The translations under genes and the position numbers were made by a program. Below the pieces are notes generated by a model. It made no database searches. It had not been told where the DNA came from and saw only the letters and a program-made list of their open reading frames with translations. A stretch of DNA of 64,000 bases, taken from Longimicrobiales bacterium (GTDB lineage Bacteria; Gemmatimonadota; Gemmatimonadetes; Longimicrobiales; Gaopeijiaceae). Shown piece by piece: positions 20,195-29,235 of the stretch (position 1 is the stretch's first letter; every line of letters starts with the position of its first letter). Where the stretch lies: assembly GCA_965226375.1 (NCBI GenBank), contig CBDDCX010000007.1, positions 288,001 through 352,000 on the forward strand, in the 5' to 3' direction.

Positions 20195-21246
20195 CACACG
20201 GGAGCGATTCCGACGCCGTCGTGGCCATGGCCAAGCCGGAACATGTATCGAAGACCGACCACGGAGAGGCTGTGACTCTCCTTGAGGCGATCAGCGAGGG
20301 CCTCTTCGAGGAAATGGTCTCCGATGACCGAGTGTTCCTCCTGGGCGAGGACATCGGAGTCTACGGTGGGGCCTTCAAGGTCACACGCGGTTTCCTCGAT
20401 TATTTCGGTGACAAGCGTGTCATCGATGCCCCCATCGCGGAGGGCGGCTTTACGGGGGCGGCGGCCGGCGCTGCGCATATGGGCTTGCGTCCGGTGGTCG
20501 AGATGCAGTTCATGGATTTCATCTCACCGGCATACGATGTGATTACGAACTACATCGCCACCTCCCTCTATCGGGGGAGTGGGCCCCTCCCTCTGGTCAT
20601 CCGTGGCCCGGTGGGCGGTGGAAACCGAGGGGGACCGTTTCACTCCCAGAACGTGGAGATGGCCTTCTTCCATACACCGGGTCTCAAGATCGTGTATCCG
20701 AGCACGGCCTATGATGCGAAGGGTCTCATCAAGGCGGCGATCCGTGACGGAAATCCGGTGATCTTCGAGGAGCACAAGGGCCTCTATCGGGCGCCCGCGC
20801 TCCGTGAGGTCCTTCCGAAGGAGGACTACGTCGTGCCCCTCGGAAAGGCGCGCACGGTGCGCGAGGGGAGCGACCTCACCATTGTCACCTATGGGATGAT
20901 GGTTCACAGGAGCGCAGAGGCGGCCGAAGAGCTCGAGCGTGAGGACGGAGTGCGAGTCGAGATCTTGGATCTTCGAACACTCCTGCCGTTGGACGATGAG
21001 GCCATCTTCGAGAGCATCAAGAAGACCGGACGCCTCCTCGTCGTTCACGAGGACACCCGGACCGGGGGCATTGCCGGTGAGATTGCCATGCGCGTAAGCG
21101 AGGCCGCATTCGAGTGGCTGGACGCGCCGATGCTCCGGGTGACTTCCATCGATTCACCCGTGCCGTACTCCGGCGTGTTGGAGGATTACTTCTTGCCGCA
21201 GGTTGAAGACGTCGTGACGGCGGCGCGCTATCTCGTGAATTATTAG
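20191..21246 (+). CDS. 2-oxoacid dehydrogenase E1 component beta subunit
   Basis: GEDIGVYGGAFKVT, PIAE, EMQFMDF, GPFHSQ and DLRTL.PLD. Confidence 0.95.
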   Translation: MTHGSDSDAVVAMAKPEHVSKTDHGEAVTLLEAISEGLFEEMVSDDRVFLLGEDIGVYGGAFKVTRGFLDYFGDKRVIDAPIAEGGFTGAAAGAAHMGLRPVVEMQFMDFISPAYDVITNYIATSLYRGSGPLPLVIRGPVGGGNRGGPFHSQNVEMAFFHTPGLKIVYPSTAYDAKGLIKAAIRDGNPVIFEEHKGLYRAPALREVLPKEDYVVPLGKARTVREGSDLTIVTYGMMVHRSAEAAEELEREDGVRVEILDLRTLLPLDDEAIFESIKKTGRLLVVHEDTRTGGIAGEIAMRVSEAAFEWLDAPMLRVTSIDSPVPYSGVLEDYFLPQVEDVVTAARYLVNY

Positions 21247-21580
21247 AAGGCTGTTGAAGAAGTACAGTGGGTCGCGCGACCCGCGCCTTCGGCGCGGGTG
21301 CCCCGGGTCTTGCGAGGCTCAGACTAGGAACGACGACGAGTCGTAGCAGGGCTACGGCGAGGAGGAGAGACAACGTGACAATGCGCTTCGCGATTGTTGA
21401 CCGACCGCAACCCCCCTGTGCCCTCCGGGTTAGGGCGGCGAGGGCCCGACCACGCTTCGCGCGGTGCCCCGGGTGTTGGCGCTCCTCCCCGATACTTAAG
21501 CATCGCGTCGTCGCGCCGCCTACGCGCTGGACCCTCGGCGCTCCTAACGCGACCCGCTGTACTTCTCCAACAGCCTTCTA
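21244..21580. mobile_element. MITE-like non-autonomous element with 33-bp terminal inverted repeats
   Basis: Left TAGAAGGCTGTTGAAGAAGTACAGTGGGTCGCG (21244-21276) and right CGCGACCCGCTGTACTTCTCCAACAGCCTTCTA (21548-21580) are inverted complements with 2 mismatches; no credible ORF inside. Confidence 0.8.
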
Positions 21581-21688
21581 GCATTTACTAGCTTCCTGAA
21601 CGGCGACGGTGGGACCGCCCATCGATCCTCCGGGTACTCTCGGGTCGCCGATTCGGATTTCAGCAACGATCAATCTGGAGAGAACAGA

Positions 21689-23076
21689 GTGGCGCGCATC
21701 GAGGTTCCCATGCCGCAGATGGGTGAGTCCATCGCCGAAGGCACCGTATCGAAGTGGCTGAAGAACGTCGGCGACACGGTCGAACGAGACGAGCCCATCC
21801 TGGAGATCTCCACCGATAAGGTGGACGCCGAGATCCCTTCCCCGCAGTCGGGGACGCTTGTGGAGGTAAAGGTCCAGGAAGGGGAGACCGTGGAGGTGGG
21901 TACCGTCGTCGCGTTCATCGACACCGAGGGTGGTGCTCCGACCGTGGCTACACCGACCGAGGTGGCCGAGCCCATTCCCGTCGCGCCTCCCGTGGCTGAA
22001 GAGGTCCCGTCGCCGGTTGCCGAGTCCGCTTCTCCACCGACTGCTTCTGGTCCGTCCGAGGATGGAGATCCGCAATCGGCCGAGGACCGCTTGCGGACGA
22101 AGTCGACCCCGGTGGTCCGGCGCATCGCCGAGGAGCATGGGATTACCATCGGTGACGTGTCGGGGACGGGCCACGCCGGCCGGGTCACCAAGCAGGACAT
22201 TCTCAACTTCATAGAGGGAGGGGGACCAAAGGCACAGCCTGCGGTTGTTGCAGCCCCCGCCCCCGACGTGGCGCCGTCGGCTGCTCCTGTGTCACCGGCG
22301 CCATCGGTGGTGCCGTCCGATCTCTGGGCTGCCTTCTACGGTGAGGTCCAGCACCCCGAGTTTCCGGTCCCGAAGGGGACCAGGTCCTGCCGATGGATAA
22401 GATCCGTCGGCTCACGGCGGAACACATGGTCATGGCCAAGCGCGTGGCTCCGCATGTGCATTCGTTCATTGAGGTCGACTTCTCCCGCGTGGACAGCATC
22501 CGTGCGGCGAACAAGGCCAAGTGGGCGGAGCAGGGGGCCAGGGTCAGCTACACGGCCTTCGTGGCGTGGGCGTGTTCGCGACTGCTGCGCAGCTTTCCCA
22601 ACGTCAACGGCACCGTGTCGGGCAATAACATCATTCACCGAGGCAGCGTGAATATCGGGATGGCAGTGGATCTCGATCCCGGACTCATCGTCCCGGTCAT
22701 CCACGACACCGACGATCTGAGCCTGGTCGGCATCGGCAAGAAGATCATCGATCTGGCTGAACGCGCACGCTCTCGGCAGCTCAACCCGTCGGAGATTCAG
22801 GGTGCGACCTTCTCCATTACCAACCCGGGTGTCCTCGGCACGCTGGTCGGGTTGCCCGTCATCCCGAAAGGGACGTCGGCGATCCTTGGCACGGGGGCGA
22901 TCGCAAAGCGCACCGTGGTGGTGGAGGATCCCGCCACGGGCACCGACGCCATCGCCATCAGGAAGCGATCGCTGTTTTCCCTCGGGTACGATCACCGACT
23001 CGTGGATGGTGCCGACGCCGCGAGGTTCCTCTCGGGACTCAAAGCGCTCCTGGAGGACTTCCCCGAGGACGCGTAG
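21689..23076 (+). pseudogene. Dihydrolipoamide acyltransferase E2, frameshifted (real lesion or sequencing error)
   Basis: Lipoyl domain (EISTDKVD) and E3-binding domain (GTGHAGRVTKQDI) lie in one frame; the catalytic domain (YDHRLVDG) lies in another, with one base missing near 22368-22372. Confidence 0.88.
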
Positions 23077-23150
23077 TGTCACCGCGGCGAGGCCAAGGTG
23101 AGGTGCCCTCGACCGGACGGGACGCTTGGGTAAGAGGACGCTGACGGACG

Positions 23151-23864
23151 GTGTCGGATCCTTCATACCCGAGTGACTCGCTGGAGTTGGAGGTGCGGGA
23201 TCTTGGCCTCGTGCCGTACGGTGAGGCGCTGGAGCTCCAAGCGGATCTGGTAGCGCGTCGACGCGCCGGTGAGGTGCCGGACCAACTCCTCCTCCTGGAG
23301 CATCCCCACGTCATAACGCTGGGTACGGGATCGCGTCCCGAGCACGTTTTGGCCGACGCGGCTCGGCGGGATGCACTCGGGGTCGAGCTCTTCGAGGTAG
23401 GTAGGGGTGGGGACGTGACCTATCATGGTCCCGGCCAACTCGTCGGCTATCCCGTGCTGGATCTCAAGCCCGACCGTCGAGATCTGCACCGCTATCTGCG
23501 AGACCTGGAGGCCATGCTCATTGCGGCCATGGGGGAGTTCGGTGTCCGAGGGGAGACCGTACCGGGGCTCACGGGCGTTTGGGTGGAGAGCCGCAAAGTA
23601 GCGGCCATCGGTGTCCGTGTGTCGTCCGGCTGGATCACCTCCCATGGTTTCGCGCTCAACGTGGACAGCGACCTCACCTACTATGAGACGATCGTGCCGT
23701 GTGGCATCGCCGACCGTACGGTCACATCGCTTTCCAAGGAGGCCGGCCGCTCGATCCGGGTCGCCGAGGTCGCTCCTGTCGTTCGCGAGGCTTTCGCTGA
23801 TACGTTTCAGCGGCGAATTCGTGTTGGCGGGCCAACAAATGAGGCCTCTGAAGAGGGTGTCTGA
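23151..23864 (+). CDS. lipB: Octanoyltransferase
   Basis: LLEHPHVITLG, RGGDVTYHGPGQLVGYP, KVAAIG, HGFALN and IVPCG. Confidence 0.96.
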   Translation: MSDPSYPSDSLELEVRDLGLVPYGEALELQADLVARRRAGEVPDQLLLLEHPHVITLGTGSRPEHVLADAARRDALGVELFEVGRGGDVTYHGPGQLVGYPVLDLKPDRRDLHRYLRDLEAMLIAAMGEFGVRGETVPGLTGVWVESRKVAAIGVRVSSGWITSHGFALNVDSDLTYYETIVPCGIADRTVTSLSKEAGRSIRVAEVAPVVREAFADTFQRRIRVGGPTNEASEEGV

Positions 23865-24062
23865 GGTGACCTGGGGACTCCGTGGGTTTTTGAAATCCCG
23901 GCAGAAGATCTTGCCCGTCAATCCTTGGACAAGCCTCGAAGATCAATCTGTTTACGCTCGATTATGACCGGAGCAACGGCACTCCGGACTGTTTGTTAAC
24001 ATCGAATAGCATAACGAGTTACGGGATAATGCATGTTTTGTGCACGAGGTCGATCGAGAAGC

Positions 24063-24091
24063 TTGACGTTGGGCTGGAGCCTGCCCATACT
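24063..24091 (+). promoter_or_regulatory. Sigma70-type promoter of the putative ncRNA
   Basis: TTGACG-N17-CATACT; predicted start near G24098. Confidence 0.7.
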
Positions 24092-24097
24092 GTAAGT

Positions 24098-24444
24098 GCG
24101 TTTCCGATGTGGTACGCTGAATCGATGGCGTTGGTCATCCCTTCATGTGGATCGCGAGACGCGTTTCATCGGACGGGACGCCGTAGCGGTGGAAGCGAAC
24201 CGAGGGTTGGACCTCGGTGAGCCGGCAGAGGAGCCGTTGGTCTCTGCTGAACCCTCCGGAGCTCGGAGGACCTGAAGTTGCTGACCGCGCGACGACGGGA
24301 TAAGGGAAGCTGAGTCAGCTGCCCGACTGAAGGTGAGCCGCAAGGCGATCTGGAAGGAGGGCGGGTTTCCAAACAAGACGAGGTTTCTACCAACGAAATA
24401 GGGGCCCTCGGGGCGGCTTGCCGCACCGAGGGCTTCTTTTTTTT
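24098..24444 (+). ncRNA. Putative structured non-coding RNA (~345 nt), family unknown
   Basis: Bounded by a promoter and an intrinsic terminator, with no credible ORF and at least seven hairpins or stems. Confidence 0.6.
24404..24444 (+). terminator. Rho-independent terminator
   Basis: GCCCTCGG.GCGG-loop-CCGC.CCGAGGGC stem followed by TTCTTTTTTTT. Confidence 0.88.
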
Positions 24445-24502
24445 GTGGAGGCATTGGCCTGCGACGTGCTCTGCGGCCCCGAGGAACTCAACCGGCGGGG
24501 AG

Positions 24503-25078
24503 CTATCCTTCGGGCGGGGCGTGCTCGAAGTAATCGAGATAACGGCCGTACTTGTCACGCTGCTCATCCAGCCAGAGCTCGTAACGGCTTTCAACCAGCC
24601 CCCCGGAAGCCGTTCGCTCGGTGGCCGCTCGCGTGGCGAGATGGTCGGCGTACTCGTTCTGGACATGGCCTTCGTGACCGCGAACCCAGCTCCACCGCAC
24701 GTCGTGTTTGGCGGCGATGCGATCGAGCTCCTGCCAGAGTTCCAGGTTCCCGATCTCTCCCCCCTTCCGCTTCCATCCACGCGACTTCCACCCCTTCAGC
24801 CACTCGGTCATTCCCTTGACGAGATACTGGCTGTCCGACACGAACCGGGCTCTACACGGACGCTTTCGCAGCAAGGTCAGCGCCTCGATCGCGCTCCGAA
24901 GTGCCATACGGTTGTTGGTCGTGTCCGGCTCTGAGACCCAATAGTCCCGGCGTACCCACTCATCGGCCGTCCAGTGCTCGACCAGACCGCCGGCGCCTCC
25001 GGGGTTGGCTCTGTCTTGGAACTGGTTGCCGAGGCAGGACTCATCGGCGTAGATGAAAATCTCGGGCGCTTCCGTCAT
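24503..25078 (-). CDS. rnhA: Ribonuclease HI
   Basis: YADESCLGN..PGG, TTNNRMAL, SDSQY, WVRGH.GH..NE.AD.LA. Confidence 0.92.
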   Translation of the reverse strand: MTEAPEIFIYADESCLGNQFQDRANPGGAGGLVEHWTADEWVRRDYWVSEPDTTNNRMALRSAIEALTLLRKRPCRARFVSDSQYLVKGMTEWLKGWKSRGWKRKGGEIGNLELWQELDRIAAKHDVRWSWVRGHEGHVQNEYADHLATRAATERTASGGLVESRYELWLDEQRDKYGRYLDYFEHAPPEG

Positions 25079-25253
25079 TTCGTTCCGTCTTCTTCCCGAT
25101 CAGATGGCTCGGCGGGTAGCGAGCAAGGTAGGGCGGCGAGTGGGGGGGCGGAACCGGGTGACATCCAAGCTTGACTCGCTTTGCTGCGGTTCTAAATTCC
25201 GCCGGCTGTCGGATCTTTCTGACGGCACCACACATGACTCGGAAGTTCCCGAT

Positions 25254-26378
25254 TTGGCTGGCACTGACCCACGCGAACCTGCGTACCTTCTCCTTGAAGA
25301 CGGTCGGCGTTTCGACGGCTTTCGATTTGGCGCCGCAGGGCCTTCACTCGGTGAGGTGGTATTCAATACGTCCATGACCGGATACCAGGAGATCCTCACC
25401 GATCCGTCGTATTCCGGTCAGCATGTCGTCATGACGTATCCGCTGATCGGCAACTACGGAGTGAACGACGAGGATCGGGAGTCGGAGGGCCCTCAGGTTA
25501 CGGGCTTCGTGGTGCGTGAGCTTCCTCCGCAGCATTCCTCCTGGCGAGCGACCGAGTCGCTGGAGGAATACCTTACGGCCCATGACGTCGTGGGAATCGC
25601 TGAGATCGACACTCGGGCGCTCACTCGGCATATCCGTTCCGAGGGAGCCATGCGTGGCGCTATTGCTCCGGCCGAGACCGACCAGGCCACCCTATTGGAG
25701 AGTGTGCTGGCACACCCACGCATGGAGGGTCTCGATCTGGCGTGTGGTGTGTCCACCGACGAGCCGTACGTGGTGGAGGCCGTTGGCGAGGAGCGCTTCC
25801 ACGTTCTGGCCTACGACTTTGGCATCAAGGCGAACTCGCCAAAGCTCCTGTCTGAGGGCGGATGCCGTGTGACGGTCATCCCCGCAGAGACCTCGCTGGA
25901 GGACATTCTGGCGGTGCGTCCCGACGGGATGTTCATCTCCAACGGACCTGGAGACCCCTCGGCCGTCGAGAAGGCCGAGGCCGCTATCCTCGAACTCTCT
26001 GAGCGGGACGTCCCCGTCTTCGGGATCTGTCTGGGCCACCAGCTCATCTCTCGGGCCTTCGGTGCCAAGACCTATAAGCTCCCGTTCGGTCATCACGGAG
26101 GGAACCATCCGGTACGGAATCTCGATAGTGATACGGTGGAGATTACGTCTCAGAACCACGGATTCTCGGTGGCTCTGGGCCAGGGTGACGAGATTCCGGG
26201 AGCGCCGGAGCTACGACTCACCCACGTCAATCTCTACGACGGCACGGTGGAGGGCGTGGCTCATCGGGAACGCCCGGTCTTCGCGGTTCAGTACCATCCT
26301 GAAGCCGCCCCTGGGCCCCACGACAGCCGGTACCTCTTCGATCAGTTCATAACGCTCATGGAGTCACGGCGCCCGTAG
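25254..26378 (+). CDS. carA: Carbamoyl-phosphate synthase small subunit (start approximate)
   Basis: GEVVFNTSMTGYQE, SNGPGDP, GICLGHQ, QNHGF and QYHPEA. Confidence 0.96.
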   Translation: MAGTDPREPAYLLLEDGRRFDGFRFGAAGPSLGEVVFNTSMTGYQEILTDPSYSGQHVVMTYPLIGNYGVNDEDRESEGPQVTGFVVRELPPQHSSWRATESLEEYLTAHDVVGIAEIDTRALTRHIRSEGAMRGAIAPAETDQATLLESVLAHPRMEGLDLACGVSTDEPYVVEAVGEERFHVLAYDFGIKANSPKLLSEGGCRVTVIPAETSLEDILAVRPDGMFISNGPGDPSAVEKAEAAILELSERDVPVFGICLGHQLISRAFGAKTYKLPFGHHGGNHPVRNLDSDTVEITSQNHGFSVALGQGDEIPGAPELRLTHVNLYDGTVEGVAHRERPVFAVQYHPEAAPGPHDSRYLFDQFITLMESRRP

Positions 26379-26468
26379 GTCCAAGGGCCACTTGACGTTC
26401 CAGGTTCGAGATCGTTACCGTGGCAGCCCTGCCATCACTCGGACACATATCGTATCGCGGAGGAATGG

Positions 26469-26771
26469 ATGACCAAGGCGGACCTCGTTGAACAGGTGGC
26501 GGAAGCCATCGGTCCCGGGATCACCAAGAAAGATTGCGCACTGGTCGTCGATGGGTTTCTCAACGCCGTAAAGCGGGCACTCGCGAACGGGGAGAACATC
26601 GAGATCCGCGGGTTCGGAACCTTCAAGGTCCGAAAGCGGAAGAGTCGCATGGCTCGTAACCCACGGACTGGCGAGGGGGTGGAAGTGCCTTCCAGAAGTG
26701 TCCCGGTGTTCAAGCCCTCCAAACACCTTCGGACGCGTGTCAGCCAGCTCGACGGGCGGCCCGTAGAATAG
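26469..26771 (+). CDS. HU/IHF family DNA-binding protein
   Basis: MTKADLV, IRGFGTF, ARNPRTGE and PVFKPS. Confidence 0.95.
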   Translation: MTKADLVEQVAEAIGPGITKKDCALVVDGFLNAVKRALANGENIEIRGFGTFKVRKRKSRMARNPRTGEGVEVPSRSVPVFKPSKHLRTRVSQLDGRPVE

Positions 26772-26889
26772 AACGGCGCGGCGCGCGACCGGCCGGATTC
26801 GACACGAGCCGTATCCATTCTTGTCCGAACGCTTCCTCTTGATCGTCTCAAAGGACTTAACGCTTCGGTGACGACGAACATCTGACTTG

Positions 26890-27450
26890 ATGATGGCCGA
26901 GGATATACGCACCGAGCCACCTTCCGATGACGAGTTGGTTCAACGTGCAAAGGCTGGTGACAATCGCGCGATGGACTTGCTCGTGGACCGGCATCACGGC
27001 GCGGTTTTTCGGACGTGTGTTGCCATTCTCGGAGAAGCGGATCTTGCAGCGGATGCGAGCCAGGACAGTTTCATCAAAGCGTTCAGAGCCCTCGGACGGT
27101 TTAGGGGCGACTCCGCCTTTCGGACATGGCTCTTGGCCATCGCGGGAAACGAAGCCCGCGGACATCTCCGCAAGGCCGGTAGACGGAAAGAGCGTGGACT
27201 AGAGGATGTGGATGCCATTTCAGCGACCGGGCACGACCCGTCGACGGAGGTCACCCTTCGTTCGGAGGCGGCTCGCGTCCGGCAGGCCGTGGATGGGCTG
27301 CCCCACAAGCAGAGGTTGTCGGTGACGCTTAGAATCGACGATGACTTGAGCTTTCGCGAGATCGGTGAGATCATCGGTTCATCAGAAGGCTCGGCTCGAG
27401 TGAACTACCATCACGGCATCCGCCGCCTACGGGAGTTGTTGGAGCCATGA
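26890..27450 (+). CDS. ECF RNA polymerase sigma factor
   Basis: DASQDSFIKAF, FRGDSAFRTWL and region 4 LSFREIGEIIG. Confidence 0.93.
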   Translation: MMAEDIRTEPPSDDELVQRAKAGDNRAMDLLVDRHHGAVFRTCVAILGEADLAADASQDSFIKAFRALGRFRGDSAFRTWLLAIAGNEARGHLRKAGRRKERGLEDVDAISATGHDPSTEVTLRSEAARVRQAVDGLPHKQRLSVTLRIDDDLSFREIGEIIGSSEGSARVNYHHGIRRLRELLEP

Positions 27451-27899
27451 CGGACCATACGTGTGCAGACGCAAAGGAACTGCTGCCGAGCTTGGTGCGA
27501 GGAGATCTCTCCACGCAGGAGCGCGCGCGGATCGAGGCGCACGTCTCTACGTGTGCGAGTTGCAGTGAAGAAGCTGCCCTTGTGCGCCAGCTCCGCACGA
27601 CGAGGCCGGTACCGCCCGTCGGATTGGCGGATGAAATCAAGCAGGCGGTTGCCCGCGACAAGGCGCGCCCCCGTCGGTCGTTCGGCTGGACGCTTCCGGC
27701 TGCCGCGACCATTGTCCTCGCCTTGGGAACCGCCGTCATCTGGCAGCGCGCTGAGACCTTGCCTGAGGCCAGTAAGCTCGCCCAGGACTCGTTCGTGATG
27801 GTTTGGTCCGGCGACGACGCCATGGTCGCCGATGCACCCATGCTCGAAGATCTGTCCGACGAGGAGTTGGCAGCCCTGCTCGAGGAGCTCGGAGGATGA
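27447..27899 (+). CDS. Zinc-binding (zf-HC2/ZAS) anti-sigma factor
   Basis: HVSTCASC motif and one TM helix; coupled to the ECF gene. Confidence 0.88.
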   Translation: MTDHTCADAKELLPSLVRGDLSTQERARIEAHVSTCASCSEEAALVRQLRTTRPVPPVGLADEIKQAVARDKARPRRSFGWTLPAAATIVLALGTAVIWQRAETLPEASKLAQDSFVMVWSGDDAMVADAPMLEDLSDEELAALLEELGG

Positions 27900-28435
27900 A
27901 CAGACTGATCGGCGTATTGGTCGCCCTGCTCATCACGGTGGGTTCAGAGGGCCTTACGGCCCAACGGAGAGGGTCGCCGGATCAACGGCCAGGGGAAGGC
28001 CGGCGTGCGGAGATGGAGCAGATGATCCGGGGCCGTTTCGACGCCATGGTCCGGCAGCAACTCGGACTCAGCGACGAGCAGAGCCAGAGGCTCCAAGATG
28101 TATTGGAAGGCTACCGCGAACAGCGGCGGGGCTTCATGCAGGACGAGCGATCCACGAGGCGCCAGTTGATGAATCTGGGTGCCGGGGACGAACTCACAGA
28201 GGAGCAGGCGACCGAGGCCCTTCAGCAAATGCTCCGGTTGCGCGAAGAGGAAGTACGTCTCTTCCGCGAGGAGCAGGAGGCGCTCGTGGGAGTGATCAGC
28301 GCTCGTCAGCTTCTGCGCTTCGTGGTCATGCGCGATCAACTCAATCAGCGAATTCAGAGCATTCGGGCCGGCGGTGGCCGTGGCATGGGGCCACCAGGGG
28401 GGCGCAGACCGGGTGGCGGGGCAGGGCCCCCTTGA
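27896..28435 (+). CDS. Spy/CpxP-like periplasmic helical protein
   Basis: Signal peptide, LGLSDEQ motif and R/E/Q-rich helices; third gene of the ECF operon. Confidence 0.7.
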   Translation: MNRLIGVLVALLITVGSEGLTAQRRGSPDQRPGEGRRAEMEQMIRGRFDAMVRQQLGLSDEQSQRLQDVLEGYREQRRGFMQDERSTRRQLMNLGAGDELTEEQATEALQQMLRLREEEVRLFREEQEALVGVISARQLLRFVVMRDQLNQRIQSIRAGGGRGMGPPGGRRPGGGAGPP

Positions 28436-28452
28436 GGCATCCGCCTGGAACG

Positions 28453-28481
28453 TTGACCCGAAAGGGGGGGTTCTCTACTGT
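28453..28481 (+). promoter_or_regulatory. Sigma70-type promoter upstream of moaD
   Basis: TTGACC-N17-TACTGT. Confidence 0.5.
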
Positions 28482-28535
28482 CCTGAGATCGTTCTTGTCT
28501 TCTTACGACATGCTTCTCCCTGGACGCCGGAATCC

Positions 28536-28781
28536 GTGGAAATCCGAACCCTTTTCTTCGCATCCTACCGAGAACTGGTAGGCACCAAGGAGCTCGATAT
28601 CGATCTCCCCGAAGGGGCGACCGTATCGGACCTGGTCTCGACGCTACGGTCACGCGGGGGTGCGTTCACGGTTCTTCCCGTCGATCCGGCGGTCGCCGTG
28701 AATCACAGCTACGCAGACCCGGCTGTTCTTCTCAATGATGGCGACGAGGTGGCGCTGATTCCTCCGGTGGCGGGTGGCTGA
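28536..28781 (+). CDS. moaD: Molybdopterin synthase sulfur carrier
   Basis: LFFASYRE, VAVN and C-terminal PPVAGG. Confidence 0.93.
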   Translation: MEIRTLFFASYRELVGTKELDIDLPEGATVSDLVSTLRSRGGAFTVLPVDPAVAVNHSYADPAVLLNDGDEVALIPPVAGG

Positions 28782-29235
28782 GATGGCCTTCGCTGCGGTG
28801 GTGCAGACGCCGATCGATCCGGCCGAGGTCCTGGCTCGGGTGGGAGCCGACGAAGATGGAGCCGGTCTCCTGTTCGTGGGGGTGGTGCGTGATCACAACG
28901 AAGGTCGCTCCGTGGAAGGAGTGCGCTACGACGCCTACGAGGAGATGGCGGTCGGAGTGCTCACCGAGATCGTGGGTGAGGCCGCCGGCGTGCTGGGCAC
29001 CGATCGTATCGCCGTGGTACACCGTGTGGGTGACCTGGCGGTGGGCGAGGTCAGCGTTGCGATCGCCGTCTCGAGCCCTCACCGTGCCCAGGCCTACGAG
29101 AGCTCCCGATTCATTATCGAGGAGATCAAGAAGAGACTCCCCGTATGGAAGAAGGAGCGCTACACCGACGGGGTGCAGGAGTGGGTGTCCGGGGCCATAC
29201 CCGTGGCTCCTTCCGGGGAAGCTGAACAGCCATGA
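28774..29235 (+). CDS. moaE: Molybdopterin synthase catalytic subunit
   Basis: F.GVVR.HN, HRVG.L, SSPHR and PVWKKE. Confidence 0.95.
   Translation: MAEMAFAAVVQTPIDPAEVLARVGADEDGAGLLFVGVVRDHNEGRSVEGVRYDAYEEMAVGVLTEIVGEAAGVLGTDRIAVVHRVGDLAVGEVSVAIAVSSPHRAQAYESSRFIIEEIKKRLPVWKKERYTDGVQEWVSGAIPVAPSGEAEQP

Noticed and set aside
21267..21591. Short ORFs within the MITE-like element as a transposase
   Set aside because: They are too short, have low-complexity Arg/Ala/Pro composition, and show no DDE or HUH motifs.
22360..22395. Programmed frameshifting in E2 (and at ~60749 in the amidohydrolase)
   Set aside because: There is no slippery heptamer; single-base loss by error or mutation suffices.
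24098..24444. tmRNA, RNase P RNA, SRP RNA or riboswitch identity for the intergenic RNA
   Set aside because: It has no GGGG...CCA tRNA-like ends, no GAGGAAAGUCC, no recognisable SRP loop, and no same-strand downstream gene to regulate. Judged by eye only, without an Rfam search.
25053..25253. N-terminal extension of CarA
   Set aside because: It overlaps the divergent rnhA start and promoter region; CarA similarity begins near 25254.
28436..28535. Moco riboswitch upstream of moaD
   Set aside because: The leader after the predicted promoter is only about 50 nt and lacks a multi-stem structure.
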